DNA of 64,000 bases from positions 7,348-71,347 of the forward strand of contig JBHHWI010000001.1 of the NCBI GenBank assembly GCA_046756445.1, written 5' to 3'. Made by a program: the position numbers and the translations under genes. The notes beneath the pieces were generated by a model. It worked only from the letters and a program-made list of their open reading frames with translations. It did not search any database and was not told the DNA's origin. This stretch comes from Woeseia sp. (lineage in GTDB: Bacteria > Pseudomonadota > Gammaproteobacteria > Steroidobacterales > Woeseiaceae). Position 1 is the stretch's first letter. The number at the start of each line of letters is the position of its first letter. Below are positions 12,105-23,778 of the stretch, one piece after another.

Positions 12105-12174
12105 CTACTGACAAAGCAGTCTAACACGATCGGGCCGGGAATGCCCGGGAGGGTCGCCCGTGCCGGGCGGCGGA

Positions 12175-13050
12175 TCAATGAATCTGGTCGCTGCCCTCCA
12201 GGGCGTAATCCGAGAACAGGCGCGAGATGTCGACGGCGTCGAAGGATCGGGTGCGGCCACAATACTCGCAGGTGACGTCGATTCTCCCTTTCTCCGAGAG
12301 TGCCGCGCCGGTCTCCGATTCCCCGATCATCCTGAGCACCTCTTCTGCCCGCCTTCTCGAACACCGGCACTTGAATGTCGCCGCCTGTGGCCTGAAGACG
12401 CGGACGTCGTCCTCGGCGAACAGCTTGCCGAGCAAGTCGATACCGACGCCGGCGGCGATATCATCCGGGCGAAGCGTCGCCGCCAGCAGGCCGAGCCGTC
12501 GCCAGTCGTCCTCGAGCGGGCTGTCCTTCTCCGGCATCTGCTGAAGCAGAATCCCGCCGCAGCTGGCAGGCTCGCTGACGAGATGAATGTGGCTGGGAAT
12601 CTGTGCGGAGCTCGCGTAGTAATGCTCCAGGCTGTCCGCGAGCGAGTCTCCCGTCACTTCGATGATCCCCTGACAGGGCCGCCGCATGGCGCCCGCATCG
12701 ACCGTGATGGCACAACGGGCCTGCGCGACAAGCTCTTCGAACGAGGCCTGCCTGGCGAGGTCCGGAGCGCTGGCCATGCCCCTCAGCTCCAGTGCGCTGG
12801 TGCATTGCATGACCAGCATGGCAAGCGGCCCATCGCCGCTTAGCTGCATCGTGATGGTGCCGTCGAAATCGAGGCTGTGGGCGATCAGTCCCGTGGCTGC
12901 AGCGGAATGGCCGAGCGTCTCGAGGACGCTCGTCTGATACGCGTGGCCGAGTTGCATGCGTTGCCAGGCCTTCTGCAACTGGATCAGAGCGCCCCGTACC
13001 GGCAACGACTCGAATACGAAGGGAACGACAGCGTCGCTATGCATCTGCAT
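12175..13050 (-). CDS. hslO: redox-regulated chaperone Hsp33
   Basis: 291 aa with the C-terminal zinc switch CRCSRRR...CEYCGR (CxC...CxxC). Confidence 0.92.
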   Translation of the reverse strand: MQMHSDAVVPFVFESLPVRGALIQLQKAWQRMQLGHAYQTSVLETLGHSAAATGLIAHSLDFDGTITMQLSGDGPLAMLVMQCTSALELRGMASAPDLARQASFEELVAQARCAITVDAGAMRRPCQGIIEVTGDSLADSLEHYYASSAQIPSHIHLVSEPASCGGILLQQMPEKDSPLEDDWRRLGLLAATLRPDDIAAGVGIDLLGKLFAEDDVRVFRPQAATFKCRCSRRRAEEVLRMIGESETGAALSEKGRIDVTCEYCGRTRSFDAVDISRLFSDYALEGSDQIH

Positions 13051-13051
13051 G

Positions 13052-14515
13052 CTAGTCCTTTTTCAGGCGGCGTTTCAGTATCTCGTTGACCTGGCCCGGA
13101 TTTGCCTTGCCGCCAGTGTCTTTCATGACCTGGCCAACAAAGTACCCCAGTACTTTGTCCTTGCCCGCTCTGTATTGTTCAACCTGAGCGGGGTTCGCCG
13201 CTATGACGGTGTCCACAATTGTCTCGATAGCGGTGCTGTCGGTGATCTGCCTCAATCCTCTTGCCTCGATGATGTCGTCGGCGCTGCCCTCGCCCGCCCA
13301 CATGGCTTCGAAGACGGTTTTGGCGATCTTTCCGGAGATGGTCCCATCGTCGATGCGCCTCAGGAGTCCGGCGAGGTTCGCCGGACCGATCTTGCTGTCG
13401 CCGATTTCCAGACCGTCACGGTGCAGAGCCGCTGACAGGTCCCCGATCACCCAGTTTGCGGGCATCCTGGCGCCGCCCTTGAATTCTGCCGCCGTCGCCT
13501 CGAAGTAATCGGCAACGGCGCGGCTCTGCGTCAGGATCTCGGCGTCGCCGGGCTTGAGTTCGTATTGCGCCACAAAGCGGGCCTGTTTCTGGTCGGGAAG
13601 TTCCGGCAGCGTCTTCTCGATCTCCGCAACAAAGGCGTCGTCTATTTCGACCGGGAGCAGATCCGGATCCGGAAAGTACCGGTAATCGTTTGCCTCTTCC
13701 TTGGTTCGCATCGGCCGCGTCTCGCCACGCTCGGCGTCGTACAGGCGCGTCTCCTGGACAACTTCGCCGCCTTCCTCGAGAACATCTATCTGACGCTCGA
13801 TTTCGTAGTTGATCGCCTTCTCGACGAAGCGGAACGAGTTGAGGTTTTTCAGCTCGGTCCGCGTGCCGAATGTTTCCCGACCACGCGGCCTGACCGACAC
13901 GTTGGCATCGCAGCGGAACGAGCCCTCCTGCATGTTGCCATCGGAAATTTCGAGGTAACGGACAATCGAATGGATCTTGCGCATGTAAGCGCCGGCTTCA
14001 CTGGCCGAGCGCAGATCGGGTTCCGAGACAATCTCCAGCAGTGGCGTGCCGGCCCGATTGAGGTCGATTCCCGACGAATGATTGAACCCTTCGTGAACCG
14101 ACTTGCCGGCATCTTCCTCGAGATGTGCACGGGTGATGCCGATACGTTTTTCTTCACCGTTATCGCCTTTGATCGTCAGCTCGCCGTCATGGACGATCGG
14201 CAATTCGTATTGACTGATCTGGTAACCCTTGGGCAAGTCCGGATAGAAGTAATTTTTTCTCGCAAAAACACAACGTGGCGCGATCGTGGCGCCAATGGCC
14301 AGACCGAACTTGCAGGCCATGCGTACGGCCTCGGCATTCAGGACCGGTAACACGCCCGGATAACCGAGGTCGACCAGGCAGGCCTGGGTGTTCGGATCCG
14401 CCCCGTACGCGGTGGACGCACTGGAAAAGATCTTGCTCTTCGTCGCGAGCTGCGTGTGAATCTCGAGCCCGATCACGACTTCCCAGTCGCCGCTCATTGG
14501 TAATCCCCCGGACAA
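13052..14515 (-). CDS. gatB: Asp-tRNA(Asn)/Glu-tRNA(Gln) amidotransferase subunit B
   Basis: 487 aa ([13 protein letters not shown]...DANVSVRP...). gatC-gatA-gatB order. Confidence 0.97.
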   Translation of the reverse strand: MSGGLPMSGDWEVVIGLEIHTQLATKSKIFSSASTAYGADPNTQACLVDLGYPGVLPVLNAEAVRMACKFGLAIGATIAPRCVFARKNYFYPDLPKGYQISQYELPIVHDGELTIKGDNGEEKRIGITRAHLEEDAGKSVHEGFNHSSGIDLNRAGTPLLEIVSEPDLRSASEAGAYMRKIHSIVRYLEISDGNMQEGSFRCDANVSVRPRGRETFGTRTELKNLNSFRFVEKAINYEIERQIDVLEEGGEVVQETRLYDAERGETRPMRTKEEANDYRYFPDPDLLPVEIDDAFVAEIEKTLPELPDQKQARFVAQYELKPGDAEILTQSRAVADYFEATAAEFKGGARMPANWVIGDLSAALHRDGLEIGDSKIGPANLAGLLRRIDDGTISGKIAKTVFEAMWAGEGSADDIIEARGLRQITDSTAIETIVDTVIAANPAQVEQYRAGKDKVLGYFVGQVMKDTGGKANPGQVNEILKRRLKKD

Positions 14516-15969
14516 CGCTTATGCCATTCCGTCGATTGCTGGTACCTGTGCGCACAGGCAAGAACGGTCTCCTCGGCAAAATGCGGCCCGACGAGTTGCA
14601 GCCCGACCGGCAGATCATCGACGAAGCCACAGGGCGTCGAGATGCCGGGGAGCCCGGCCAGGTTCGCGCCTATCGTGTAGATGTCATTGAGATACATGGT
14701 GATCGGGTCGTCCATCTTGTCGCCGAGTCTGAATGCCGGTGTCGGCGCGGTCGGTCCGGCGATGACATCGACTTTGTCGAACGCATTCTTGAAGTCCCGG
14801 CTGATGAGCTGGCGCACTTTCTGTGCTTTCAGGTAGTACGCATCGTAGTATCCCGCAGACAGAACGTAGGTGCCGGTCATGATGCGGCGCTTTACCTCGG
14901 CGCCGAAACCCTCGCCGCGACTGCGGCAATACAGATCGAAAAGATCCCTGGCATTTTCGGCGCGACGCCCGAATCTGACGCCGTCGAAGCGGGACAGGTT
15001 GGATGAACACTCCGCCGGCGCAACCACGTAATAGGTCGGTACCGACAAGTCCAGGTTCGGCAGATCGACCTCGATCAGACTCGCACCCTGCTGCTCCAGC
15101 ACTTTCAGAGCATCCTTGACACGCGCGCCGCATTGCTCATCGAGCCCCTCGTCAAAGTGCTGTCGCACGATGCCGATCTTCAGGCCTTTCGGCGAACGCG
15201 TCAGGCCCGCGATGTAGTCGGGGACCGGATGATCAACGGATGTCGAGTCCCGTGCATCGAAACCGGCCATGACGGAAAGCAGCATCGCGGCATCTTCCGC
15301 CGTCCTAGTAATGACGCCGGCCTGATCGAGGCTCGAGGCGAACGCGATCATGCCGTAACGGGAGACGCGCCCGTAAGTCGGCTTGAGTCCGACGGTCCCC
15401 GTCAATGCGGCGGGCTGCCTGATCGATCCGCCGGTATCCGTGCCTGTCGCGGCCGGGGTCAGCCTTGCGGCGACGGCCGCCGCCGATCCCCCGGATGACC
15501 CGCCCGGCGAACGTTCCGTGTCCCACGGGTTTCGGACCGGACCGAACAAGCTGTTTTCGTTCGAGGAACCCATTGCGAACTCGTCCATGTTGGTCTTGCC
15601 GAGCATGACTGCGCCCGCCGCCGCCAGACGTTCGACTACCGTCGCGTCGTAAGGTGACACGAAGTTTTCCAGAATACGGGAGCCACAGGTGGTCAGAACG
15701 CCTTTGGTGCAAAAGATGTCCTTATGAACGAGCGGAAGACCGGCAAGCGCGCCGGCCTCACCTTTCAGCCTGGCCGAATCGCACGCATCGGCCCTCGCCA
15801 GCGCCAGGTCCGCCGTTACGTTAATGAAAGCGTTCAGCGACGAATCATGTTGCTCGATACGCGATAACAGTGCTTCGATCAGCTCGCGCGAGGAAAACTC
15901 CCGTTCGGAGAGGCCCTTTGACAGCTCCGCCAGTGTCAGCGTGTATAAATCCTGCCCTGCCATGATCAC
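14494..15969 (-). CDS. gatA: Asp-tRNA(Asn)/Glu-tRNA(Gln) amidotransferase subunit A
   Basis: 491 aa with the amidase signature ([13 protein letters not shown]). Overlaps gatB by 22 nt. Confidence 0.97.
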   Translation of the reverse strand: MIMAGQDLYTLTLAELSKGLSEREFSSRELIEALLSRIEQHDSSLNAFINVTADLALARADACDSARLKGEAGALAGLPLVHKDIFCTKGVLTTCGSRILENFVSPYDATVVERLAAAGAVMLGKTNMDEFAMGSSNENSLFGPVRNPWDTERSPGGSSGGSAAAVAARLTPAATGTDTGGSIRQPAALTGTVGLKPTYGRVSRYGMIAFASSLDQAGVITRTAEDAAMLLSVMAGFDARDSTSVDHPVPDYIAGLTRSPKGLKIGIVRQHFDEGLDEQCGARVKDALKVLEQQGASLIEVDLPNLDLSVPTYYVVAPAECSSNLSRFDGVRFGRRAENARDLFDLYCRSRGEGFGAEVKRRIMTGTYVLSAGYYDAYYLKAQKVRQLISRDFKNAFDKVDVIAGPTAPTPAFRLGDKMDDPITMYLNDIYTIGANLAGLPGISTPCGFVDDLPVGLQLVGPHFAEETVLACAHRYQQSTEWHKRCPGDYQ

Positions 15970-16259
15970 TCGATGACTTTGGGCACGAGGTAGAATCCGT
16001 CGGCCACGGCAGGGGCGTTTTCCTGGATCGCGTCCCGTTCGTTGTCCTCGTCGATCACGTCGGGCCGCAGACGCTGCGCCTGATCCAGCGGATGCGCCAT
16101 CGGCAGGACATCGTCGGTCGGCGCCTGCTGCAACTGATCCACGAATTCAACGATGTTCGACAGCTTCTCCACGACGTCGCCGAACTCCGCGTCTTGCAGC
16201 TGCAGGCGTGCAAGCGTCGCGATCTGTTGGACCTGTTCTTTGCTTAGTGACACGCTCAT
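15966..16259 (-). CDS. gatC: Asp-tRNA(Asn)/Glu-tRNA(Gln) amidotransferase subunit C
   Basis: 97 aa ([12 protein letters not shown]...). 4-nt overlap with gatA. Confidence 0.9.
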   Translation of the reverse strand: MSVSLSKEQVQQIATLARLQLQDAEFGDVVEKLSNIVEFVDQLQQAPTDDVLPMAHPLDQAQRLRPDVIDEDNERDAIQENAPAVADGFYLVPKVIE

Positions 16260-16351
16260 TTACCGGTATGCGAATGCTCCGGATGGCACCGGGCAGCGCG
16301 AGGGGCAGCAATCATACACGCCACCTTGTGCAATGTCCTGCGCATTGTTAG

Positions 16352-17434
<1,083 letters not shown>

Positions 17435-17475
17435 GCTTTCAGTAACCAGGGCGGTAGACCGGTATCATTCCCCAG

Positions 17476-18345
17476 ATGGTTACCGCAAGAACTGAAAATC
17501 AGCATCGATCCCAACGGACGCCGGCCCTCGGCCTCCGGCTGTTGCTGCTTGCCGGCCTGAGTATCCTGATTCTGGTCGTCGACCACCGTGATAATCACCT
17601 GGACGCCGTTCGCCGGGCTATCGGTGCGGCGGTTTATCCGCTGCGTATCGTTGTCGACGCACCCGTCGCGGCGTGGTACTGGTTGAGTGACTTCAATACA
17701 AGCCGCAACGATCTCAGGATGGAATTGAGCCGGTTGCAGGCCGAGCGCCTGCTGACCCATGCCAGGCTGCAGAGATTCGCATCGCTCGAGGCTGAAAACG
17801 CGCGGCTTCGCGCGATGCTCGAGGCACGAAACCGGGTTACCGACCAGGTCCGGGTCGCCGGCATCATGGCGGTCAGCGGCAACCCGTTTCGCCACGTACT
17901 CACTATCGACAAGGGACAAAATGATGGTGTGTATGACGGGCAGGCGATGGTCGATGCCGATGGAGTGATCGGCCAGGTCATCGGCACCGGTCTTTTCTCG
18001 GCGCAGGCGGTCCTGATCAGCGATCCCGATCACGCGCTGCCGGTCGAGATAAACCGAAACGGGCTTCGCACGATCGCGGTCGGCACGGGCGAATTCAATC
18101 GGCTGGACCTGCCCTTCCTGCCGAACAATGCAGACGTGCGCCAGGGCGACTTGCTGGTCACGTCGGGTCTCAGCGGCGCGTTCCCCCCCGGCTATCCGGT
18201 GGCGACGATCGACAGCGTCACCCGGATACCGCAGGAGCCGTTTGCGGCCGTATCCGCCGTACCGGCCGCCAAACTGAACCAGGTCCGGGAGATCATGCTG
18301 GTCTGGTCGATCGAGGGCGAAGATGAGCCGGAGGACACGGAATGA
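17476..18345 (+). CDS. mreC: rod shape-determining protein MreC
   Basis: 289 aa with an N-terminal TM segment, a coiled coil (LRMELSRLQAERLL) and beta-barrel domains. Position is between mreB and mreD. Confidence 0.9.
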   Translation: MVTARTENQHRSQRTPALGLRLLLLAGLSILILVVDHRDNHLDAVRRAIGAAVYPLRIVVDAPVAAWYWLSDFNTSRNDLRMELSRLQAERLLTHARLQRFASLEAENARLRAMLEARNRVTDQVRVAGIMAVSGNPFRHVLTIDKGQNDGVYDGQAMVDADGVIGQVIGTGLFSAQAVLISDPDHALPVEINRNGLRTIAVGTGEFNRLDLPFLPNNADVRQGDLLVTSGLSGAFPPGYPVATIDSVTRIPQEPFAAVSAVPAAKLNQVREIMLVWSIEGEDEPEDTE

Positions 18346-18833
18346 TTCGTGGCCGGGCATCGCGGCGATTACCCGTGATCGGTTGCATCGTTGCGGCTCT
18401 GATGCTCGCGATTGCGCCGATGCCGGACTGGGCCACTCCGTTCCGGCCGGACTGGGTGGCGCTGACACTTATATATTGGGCGATGATGCTGCCGCGAACA
18501 TACAGCGTCGGCACCGCCTGGATTGTCGGGATCATTCTCGATGTCGCCCACGGCACCTTACTCGGGCAACACGCCATCGCGCTCTGCTTCGTGGTGTACG
18601 TGACGGTCAAGATCCACCTGCAGCTGCGGGTATTTCCCGTCTCTCAGATGACGGCGACCGTGTTCGCGATTCTCGCCTTCTACCAGTTCATATTGTTCTG
18701 GATTAACGGTGTCGCCGGTGTGCAGGCACCCGCCATTTCCTACTGGGGGCCCGTTTTGACCGGCGCACTGATCTGGCCGGTGCTGACGGTGTTTTTCGGC
18801 GGTGTCCGTTATCAGACAAGACCCGGAGCCTGA
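18342..18833 (+). CDS. mreD: rod shape-determining protein MreD
   Basis: 163-aa polytopic membrane protein. ATGA overlap with mreC. Confidence 0.85.
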   Translation: MIRGRASRRLPVIGCIVAALMLAIAPMPDWATPFRPDWVALTLIYWAMMLPRTYSVGTAWIVGIILDVAHGTLLGQHAIALCFVVYVTVKIHLQLRVFPVSQMTATVFAILAFYQFILFWINGVAGVQAPAISYWGPVLTGALIWPVLTVFFGGVRYQTRPGA

Positions 18834-18841
18834 CGCGCATC

Positions 18842-20737
18842 ATGGACCTGCTCACACCGATCAAGGATCACTACTTGGAACGACGCATGTTCGTCGGGCG
18901 CGTGGTGATTTCCTCGATCGTCGGGCTGCTGATGTGCGGCAGCGTCGTTGCACGACTCGTCCAGTTACAGATAGTCGATCACGAGTTATTTGCCGAGAAA
19001 TCGCAGGGAAATCGCATCCGTATCGAGGCGATGCCGCCGACCCGCGGTCTTATCTTCGATCGCAAGGGGCGCATACTTGCCCAGAATCTGCCCGCCTTTC
19101 AGCTCGAGCTGATTCCGGAGCAGGTCGGAAACCTCGACGACACGCTGCAACGACTCGCCGACATCGATCTGATCGACGAGAAAGAGATCCCGCGAATCAG
19201 GTCAATCAGTCAAAGAGGGCCGCGCTTCAAACCGGTCACCCTGAGGTTTCGCCTGTCCGATGCCGAGATCGCGAACTTTGCCATCCAGCGCCCACGATTT
19301 CCGGGGGTGGACTTTCAGCCGAGGCTGGTTCGTCACTACCCCCACGGCGAAGCCGTGGCCCATGCGCTCGGCTATGTCGGCGCCATCGATCAGTCGGATC
19401 TCGACAGACTCGATCCGGCCGTATACGTCGGCACCGCACATACCGGCAAGACGGGCATCGAGCACAGCTTCGAGAAGAATCTGCACGGTGATCCGGGTTA
19501 CCGGCAGATCGTAACCAATGCGCGCGGCAGGCAGGTGCCACCCGACTCACGGGACCCCGCTGTTTTGCTGACCGAAAATGAATCCTCGGTACCGGGTGCA
19601 AATCTCTACCTCAGTCTGGATCTCGATCTGCAGTTTCTCGCGACGGAGACCTTGAGGGGCCGGCGCGGCTCGGTCGTCGCAATCGATCCGGAGAGCGGTG
19701 AAATACTCGCGCTTGTCAGTGCGCCCACGTTCGACCCGAACATTTTTGCGACCGGCATGAGCGCCGATGATTTCACGACACTGCAATCCGATGAGGGACA
19801 GCCGCTGTTCAATCGGGCAGTGCGTGGCACCTATCCCCCAGGCTCAACGATCAAGCCAATGCTGGCGCTCGCGGCGCTCGAGACAGGCGCCACCAATCTC
19901 ACGCGCCGCAATTTCTGCCGGGGATCTTATACGCTGCCCGGCAGCACACATCGCTACCGCGACTGGAAACCCGAAGGCCACGGTTCGATGGATCTGCATG
20001 ACGCGATTGCGCAGTCCTGCGACGTGTATTTCTATGAGATCAGTACCGCGATCGGTATCGATCACATGCATTCCTATCTCGATCAATTCGGGCTCGGGCA
20101 AAGGACAGGCATCGACATGGTGGGTGAACACCGCGGCCTGATGCCATCGCGCGAGTGGAAGAGACAGGCCTTCCGGGAACGAGCAGACCGGATCTGGTTT
20201 CCGGGGGAAACGGTCATCGCGTCGATTGGTCAGGGCTATATGCTGGCAACACCGCTGCAACTGGCGAACGCGGCGGCCGCCCTGGCGATGAGAGGCAAAC
20301 GGCTCAAGCCGCGTATCGTTGCGGCGGTGGAGGACCCGATCTCCGGTACACGTACGATCTTCCCGCCGGAGCGCCTGCCGGATGTCGATATCCAGAACGA
20401 GTTCTATTGGGAAAGCGTTCTCAATGCGATGCATGACGTCATGCAGAGCGAGGAAGGCACGGCCCGGGCGGCAGGCATGGGCGCCACGTACGAGATGGCT
20501 GGCAAGAGTGGCACCGCCCAGGTCTTTTCAATCGCGCAGGAGGAGCGTTACGAAGAGGAGGAAATTGACGAGCGTCTCAGAGACCATGCTTTGTTTATTT
20601 CGTTTGCGCCACTTCAGAACCCGAAGATCGCGGTCGCGGTCATTGTCGAGAACGGCAGCAGCGGAAGCCGGACGGCTGCGCCGATAGCGCGTGCGATCAT
20701 GGATCGCTACCTCGGGGTGAATCCTGATGCTCTTTAG
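18842..20737 (+). CDS. mrdA: penicillin-binding protein 2 (elongasome transpeptidase)
   Basis: 631 aa with transpeptidase motifs STIKP and KSGTAQ. Confidence 0.95.
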   Translation: MDLLTPIKDHYLERRMFVGRVVISSIVGLLMCGSVVARLVQLQIVDHELFAEKSQGNRIRIEAMPPTRGLIFDRKGRILAQNLPAFQLELIPEQVGNLDDTLQRLADIDLIDEKEIPRIRSISQRGPRFKPVTLRFRLSDAEIANFAIQRPRFPGVDFQPRLVRHYPHGEAVAHALGYVGAIDQSDLDRLDPAVYVGTAHTGKTGIEHSFEKNLHGDPGYRQIVTNARGRQVPPDSRDPAVLLTENESSVPGANLYLSLDLDLQFLATETLRGRRGSVVAIDPESGEILALVSAPTFDPNIFATGMSADDFTTLQSDEGQPLFNRAVRGTYPPGSTIKPMLALAALETGATNLTRRNFCRGSYTLPGSTHRYRDWKPEGHGSMDLHDAIAQSCDVYFYEISTAIGIDHMHSYLDQFGLGQRTGIDMVGEHRGLMPSREWKRQAFRERADRIWFPGETVIASIGQGYMLATPLQLANAAAALAMRGKRLKPRIVAAVEDPISGTRTIFPPERLPDVDIQNEFYWESVLNAMHDVMQSEEGTARAAGMGATYEMAGKSGTAQVFSIAQEERYEEEEIDERLRDHALFISFAPLQNPKIAVAVIVENGSSGSRTAAPIARAIMDRYLGVNPDAL

Positions 20738-21869
20738 CGATACGCCACGGCTATTCGAACGCAAGTCGGCGCCGCTGAGCGACGCCGCGCGGATTATGCG
20801 GCAACTGAACATCGATGGGCAGCTGCTCGGCGGACTGGTGCTTATCTGCGGCCTGGGACTCGTCGTCCTGTACAGCGCCGTCGGTGAAAGCGTTGACCTT
20901 CTGTTGCAGCAGGTGGCCAGGCTCAGCATCGCTATTGTCGGCATGTTTGTGGTTGCGCAGATACCGCCCGACGTGTTGCGGCACTGGACACCGTGGGGCT
21001 ATCTGCTGGGACTTGTCCTCCTGGGTCTGGTTCTGGTGCTGGGTGACGTCGGTCAGGGTGCCAGACGCTGGCTCGATATAGGGATCCGGTTCCAGCCTTC
21101 CGAGATCATGAAGCTCGCGGTGCCGATGATGGCCGCCTGGTACCTGCACGAGCGGCAGCTTCCGCCGAGGGCCGGCCCGCTGCTGATCATCGCCCTGATG
21201 GTGATCGTCCCGACCGCGCTGATCGCCATACAACCCGACCTCGGCACAGCATTGCTTATCGCAGCCGCCGGATTTGTCGTGCTGGTTCTTGCGGGCATGT
21301 CGGTGCGCTTGATGGCACTGCTCGGCGTGCTGTCGGTACCCGGTGCGCTGGTCCTGTGGCACTACGTCATGGCGGAATACCAGAAGCAGCGCGTGCTGAC
21401 GCTCCTGAATCCGGACAGCGACCCGCTGGGCGCGGGTTACAACATCATTCAGTCCAAAATTGCCATCGGCTCGGGCGGACTGTTCGGTAAGGGGTTGACG
21501 AACGGCAGCCAGGCGCAGCTCGAGTTCCTTCCGGAACGACAGACCGATTTCATCTTTGCGGTCATGGGCGAGGAGCTCGGCTTGCTGGGCGTGCTGAGTC
21601 TTCTGGGCCTCTACCTGTTCGTCGTCGGCAGGGGTCTGTATATCGCAATACAAGCCCGGGATACCTATTCACGGCTGCTTGCCGGCAGTATCAGCATGAC
21701 TTTTTTCGTCTATGTTTTCGTAAATACGGCAATGGTCACAGGAATTGTGCCGGTAGTCGGCATACCCTTACCGCTGGTCAGCTTTGGAGGCACGTCGATG
21801 GTGACGCTCATGGCCGGATTCGGTATTCTCATGTCGATCCACACGCACCGGAAGTTGCTACCGCACTGA
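20727..21869 (+). CDS. rodA: SEDS peptidoglycan polymerase RodA
   Basis: 380-aa polytopic FtsW/RodA family protein (...LPERQTDFIFAV...). The true start may be the internal ATG at 20796. Confidence 0.93.
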   Translation: MLFSDTPRLFERKSAPLSDAARIMRQLNIDGQLLGGLVLICGLGLVVLYSAVGESVDLLLQQVARLSIAIVGMFVVAQIPPDVLRHWTPWGYLLGLVLLGLVLVLGDVGQGARRWLDIGIRFQPSEIMKLAVPMMAAWYLHERQLPPRAGPLLIIALMVIVPTALIAIQPDLGTALLIAAAGFVVLVLAGMSVRLMALLGVLSVPGALVLWHYVMAEYQKQRVLTLLNPDSDPLGAGYNIIQSKIAIGSGGLFGKGLTNGSQAQLEFLPERQTDFIFAVMGEELGLLGVLSLLGLYLFVVGRGLYIAIQARDTYSRLLAGSISMTFFVYVFVNTAMVTGIVPVVGIPLPLVSFGGTSMVTLMAGFGILMSIHTHRKLLPH

Positions 21870-22870
21870 TGAAGTTCGCCAGGGAATCAAGGCAAGTAGG
21901 ATTTCTTATTCTGCTGATTCTCGGCGGGCAGTCCGCGTTCGCCATAAACACCGGCAGAACTGACGTCAGTCAATTCATTGATTCGATGGTGTCGAAGCAC
22001 GACTATGATCGCCGGACTTTGAAACGCCTGTTGCGAAATGCAAAGACGCAGAAATCGATTCTCGAAGCGATAGCCAAGCCCGCCGAGAAGACCAAATCCT
22101 GGAGCGAGTATCGCGCCATATTCGTGACCGAGAAGCGAATCGATGCCGGCGTGGACTTCTGGCGCGAGCACGAATCGGAACTGAGCAGAATCAGCCGGCA
22201 AACCGGCGTTCCGTGCGAAATCCTGGTCGGCATCATCGGTGTCGAGACCTATTTCGGTCGTATTACGGGCGGTTATCGCGTGATGGATGCGCTGACCACC
22301 CTGGCATTCGAGTACCCGCCGAGGGCCGCGTTCTTCCGGCGCGAGCTCGAGGAATTTCTGCTGATCGTGCGCGAGGAAAACATCGAGGCGTCCATGGCGA
22401 CGGGCTCATACGCCGGCGCGATGGGCGCGCCACAGTTCATGCCGTCGAGCTTTCGCGCCTATGCAATCGACGGCAGCGCCGATGGAAAAAGGGATATCTG
22501 GACCGATTGGTCGGATGTCATCGGCAGTGTCGCAAACTATTTTGTCGCCCACGGCTGGCAGCCAAGCAGTGAGATTGTTGCCCGGGCCACCCTCGGCACT
22601 ACCTGGCACGGCGAGATACCGGAGCATACCCTGTCACCGGCGGAGACCGTCAGCTCGCTGAGCCGGCAGGGCGTCTTGTTCGCCACCGACCTCCCCAACG
22701 ACCACGAAAGCCAATTGTTTGCGTTACAGGGGGCCAACGGCGACGAACACTGGGTCGGTTTTCACAACTTCTTCGTGATCACGCGCTATAACCGAAGCAT
22801 CATGTATGCCCTGGCCGTACATCAGCTCGGACAGGAAATCGCCATTGAGGTCAGCCGTCGTGAGACCTGA
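21869..22870 (+). CDS. mltB: lytic murein transglycosylase B family
   Basis: 333 aa with a signal peptide and MltB/SltB motifs (GIIGVETYFGR...GAMGAPQFMPSSF). Confidence 0.9.
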   Translation: MKFARESRQVGFLILLILGGQSAFAINTGRTDVSQFIDSMVSKHDYDRRTLKRLLRNAKTQKSILEAIAKPAEKTKSWSEYRAIFVTEKRIDAGVDFWREHESELSRISRQTGVPCEILVGIIGVETYFGRITGGYRVMDALTTLAFEYPPRAAFFRRELEEFLLIVREENIEASMATGSYAGAMGAPQFMPSSFRAYAIDGSADGKRDIWTDWSDVIGSVANYFVAHGWQPSSEIVARATLGTTWHGEIPEHTLSPAETVSSLSRQGVLFATDLPNDHESQLFALQGANGDEHWVGFHNFFVITRYNRSIMYALAVHQLGQEIAIEVSRRET

Positions 22871-23690
22871 GCGATATGCGTTGCTGTGGTCGCTCGCACT
22901 TGTGCTCCTGTCAGCCGGCTGTGCCGGCAATTTATCGAAAGACGGTCCACCCCGAACCGGCTCGGTGATTCCTCCCGACCTGCCCGATGACCCGGTGCCT
23001 CGCAAGGAACCCAGGAGCCGTCATGGCAACGGGCCTGTGTACAGGGTGAACGGGAACAGCTACGAAGTCATGGAATCGAGCTACGGTTACCGGGAGCGCG
23101 GCGTCGCGTCCTGGTACGGCAAGAAATTTCACGGTCGCCTTACATCGAGCCACGAGCCATATAACATGTATGCGATGACCGCGGCGCACAAGACGCTGCC
23201 GTTACCGAGCTATGTCCGCGTCAGGAACCTTCGCAACAACAAGAGTGTGATCGTCCGCGTCAACGACCGCGGGCCGTTTGTTCATAACCGCATCATCGAT
23301 CTCTCCTACTCGGCCGCGATAAAGCTGGACATGATTGGTACGGGCACGAGTCTGGTCGAGGTAACAGCGATCAGCTTCGATGCTCCGCCACGGCAGCCGG
23401 CCGTCGTGCGGGCGCCGACAGAGACACCGGAACCGGCGGCCCCGGCGGCGCGGGAATCCACCATCTTTGTCCAGGTCGGTGCGTTCGGCGACGCCGAGAA
23501 CGCGCGTCGCCGTTTTGCCCTGCTCAAGAGCGGCGGTATCGGTAATGCTGTCGTGCTCGAGGACTCGAGCCGCTCGCCGGTCTTGTACCGGATAAGGATC
23601 GGACCGATCGACGACGTTCTGCAATACGACTCGCTGGTCGGTCGGCTTCAACACCTCGGCATATTGGAGACGCATCTGGTTACGGAGTAA
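22860..23690 (+). CDS. rlpA: septal ring lytic transglycosylase RlpA (DPBB plus C-terminal SPOR domain), lipoprotein
   Basis: GTG at 22860 gives a lipoprotein signal (LALVLLSAGC). Has a DPBB core (GVASWYGKKFHGRLTSSHEPYNMYAMTAAHKTLPLPSYVRV) and a SPOR-like tail. The longest ORF starts at 22806. Confidence 0.9.
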   Translation: MRPERYALLWSLALVLLSAGCAGNLSKDGPPRTGSVIPPDLPDDPVPRKEPRSRHGNGPVYRVNGNSYEVMESSYGYRERGVASWYGKKFHGRLTSSHEPYNMYAMTAAHKTLPLPSYVRVRNLRNNKSVIVRVNDRGPFVHNRIIDLSYSAAIKLDMIGTGTSLVEVTAISFDAPPRQPAVVRAPTETPEPAAPAARESTIFVQVGAFGDAENARRRFALLKSGGIGNAVVLEDSSRSPVLYRIRIGPIDDVLQYDSLVGRLQHLGILETHLVTE

Positions 23691-23778
23691 CAGTTGCTCT
23701 GTGCCTGATCACGCGACCATCCTTTTTTTGCCGCAGGCGTTACAATACGCGCCTTTGCTTGCAGGCGATTCGACACCG

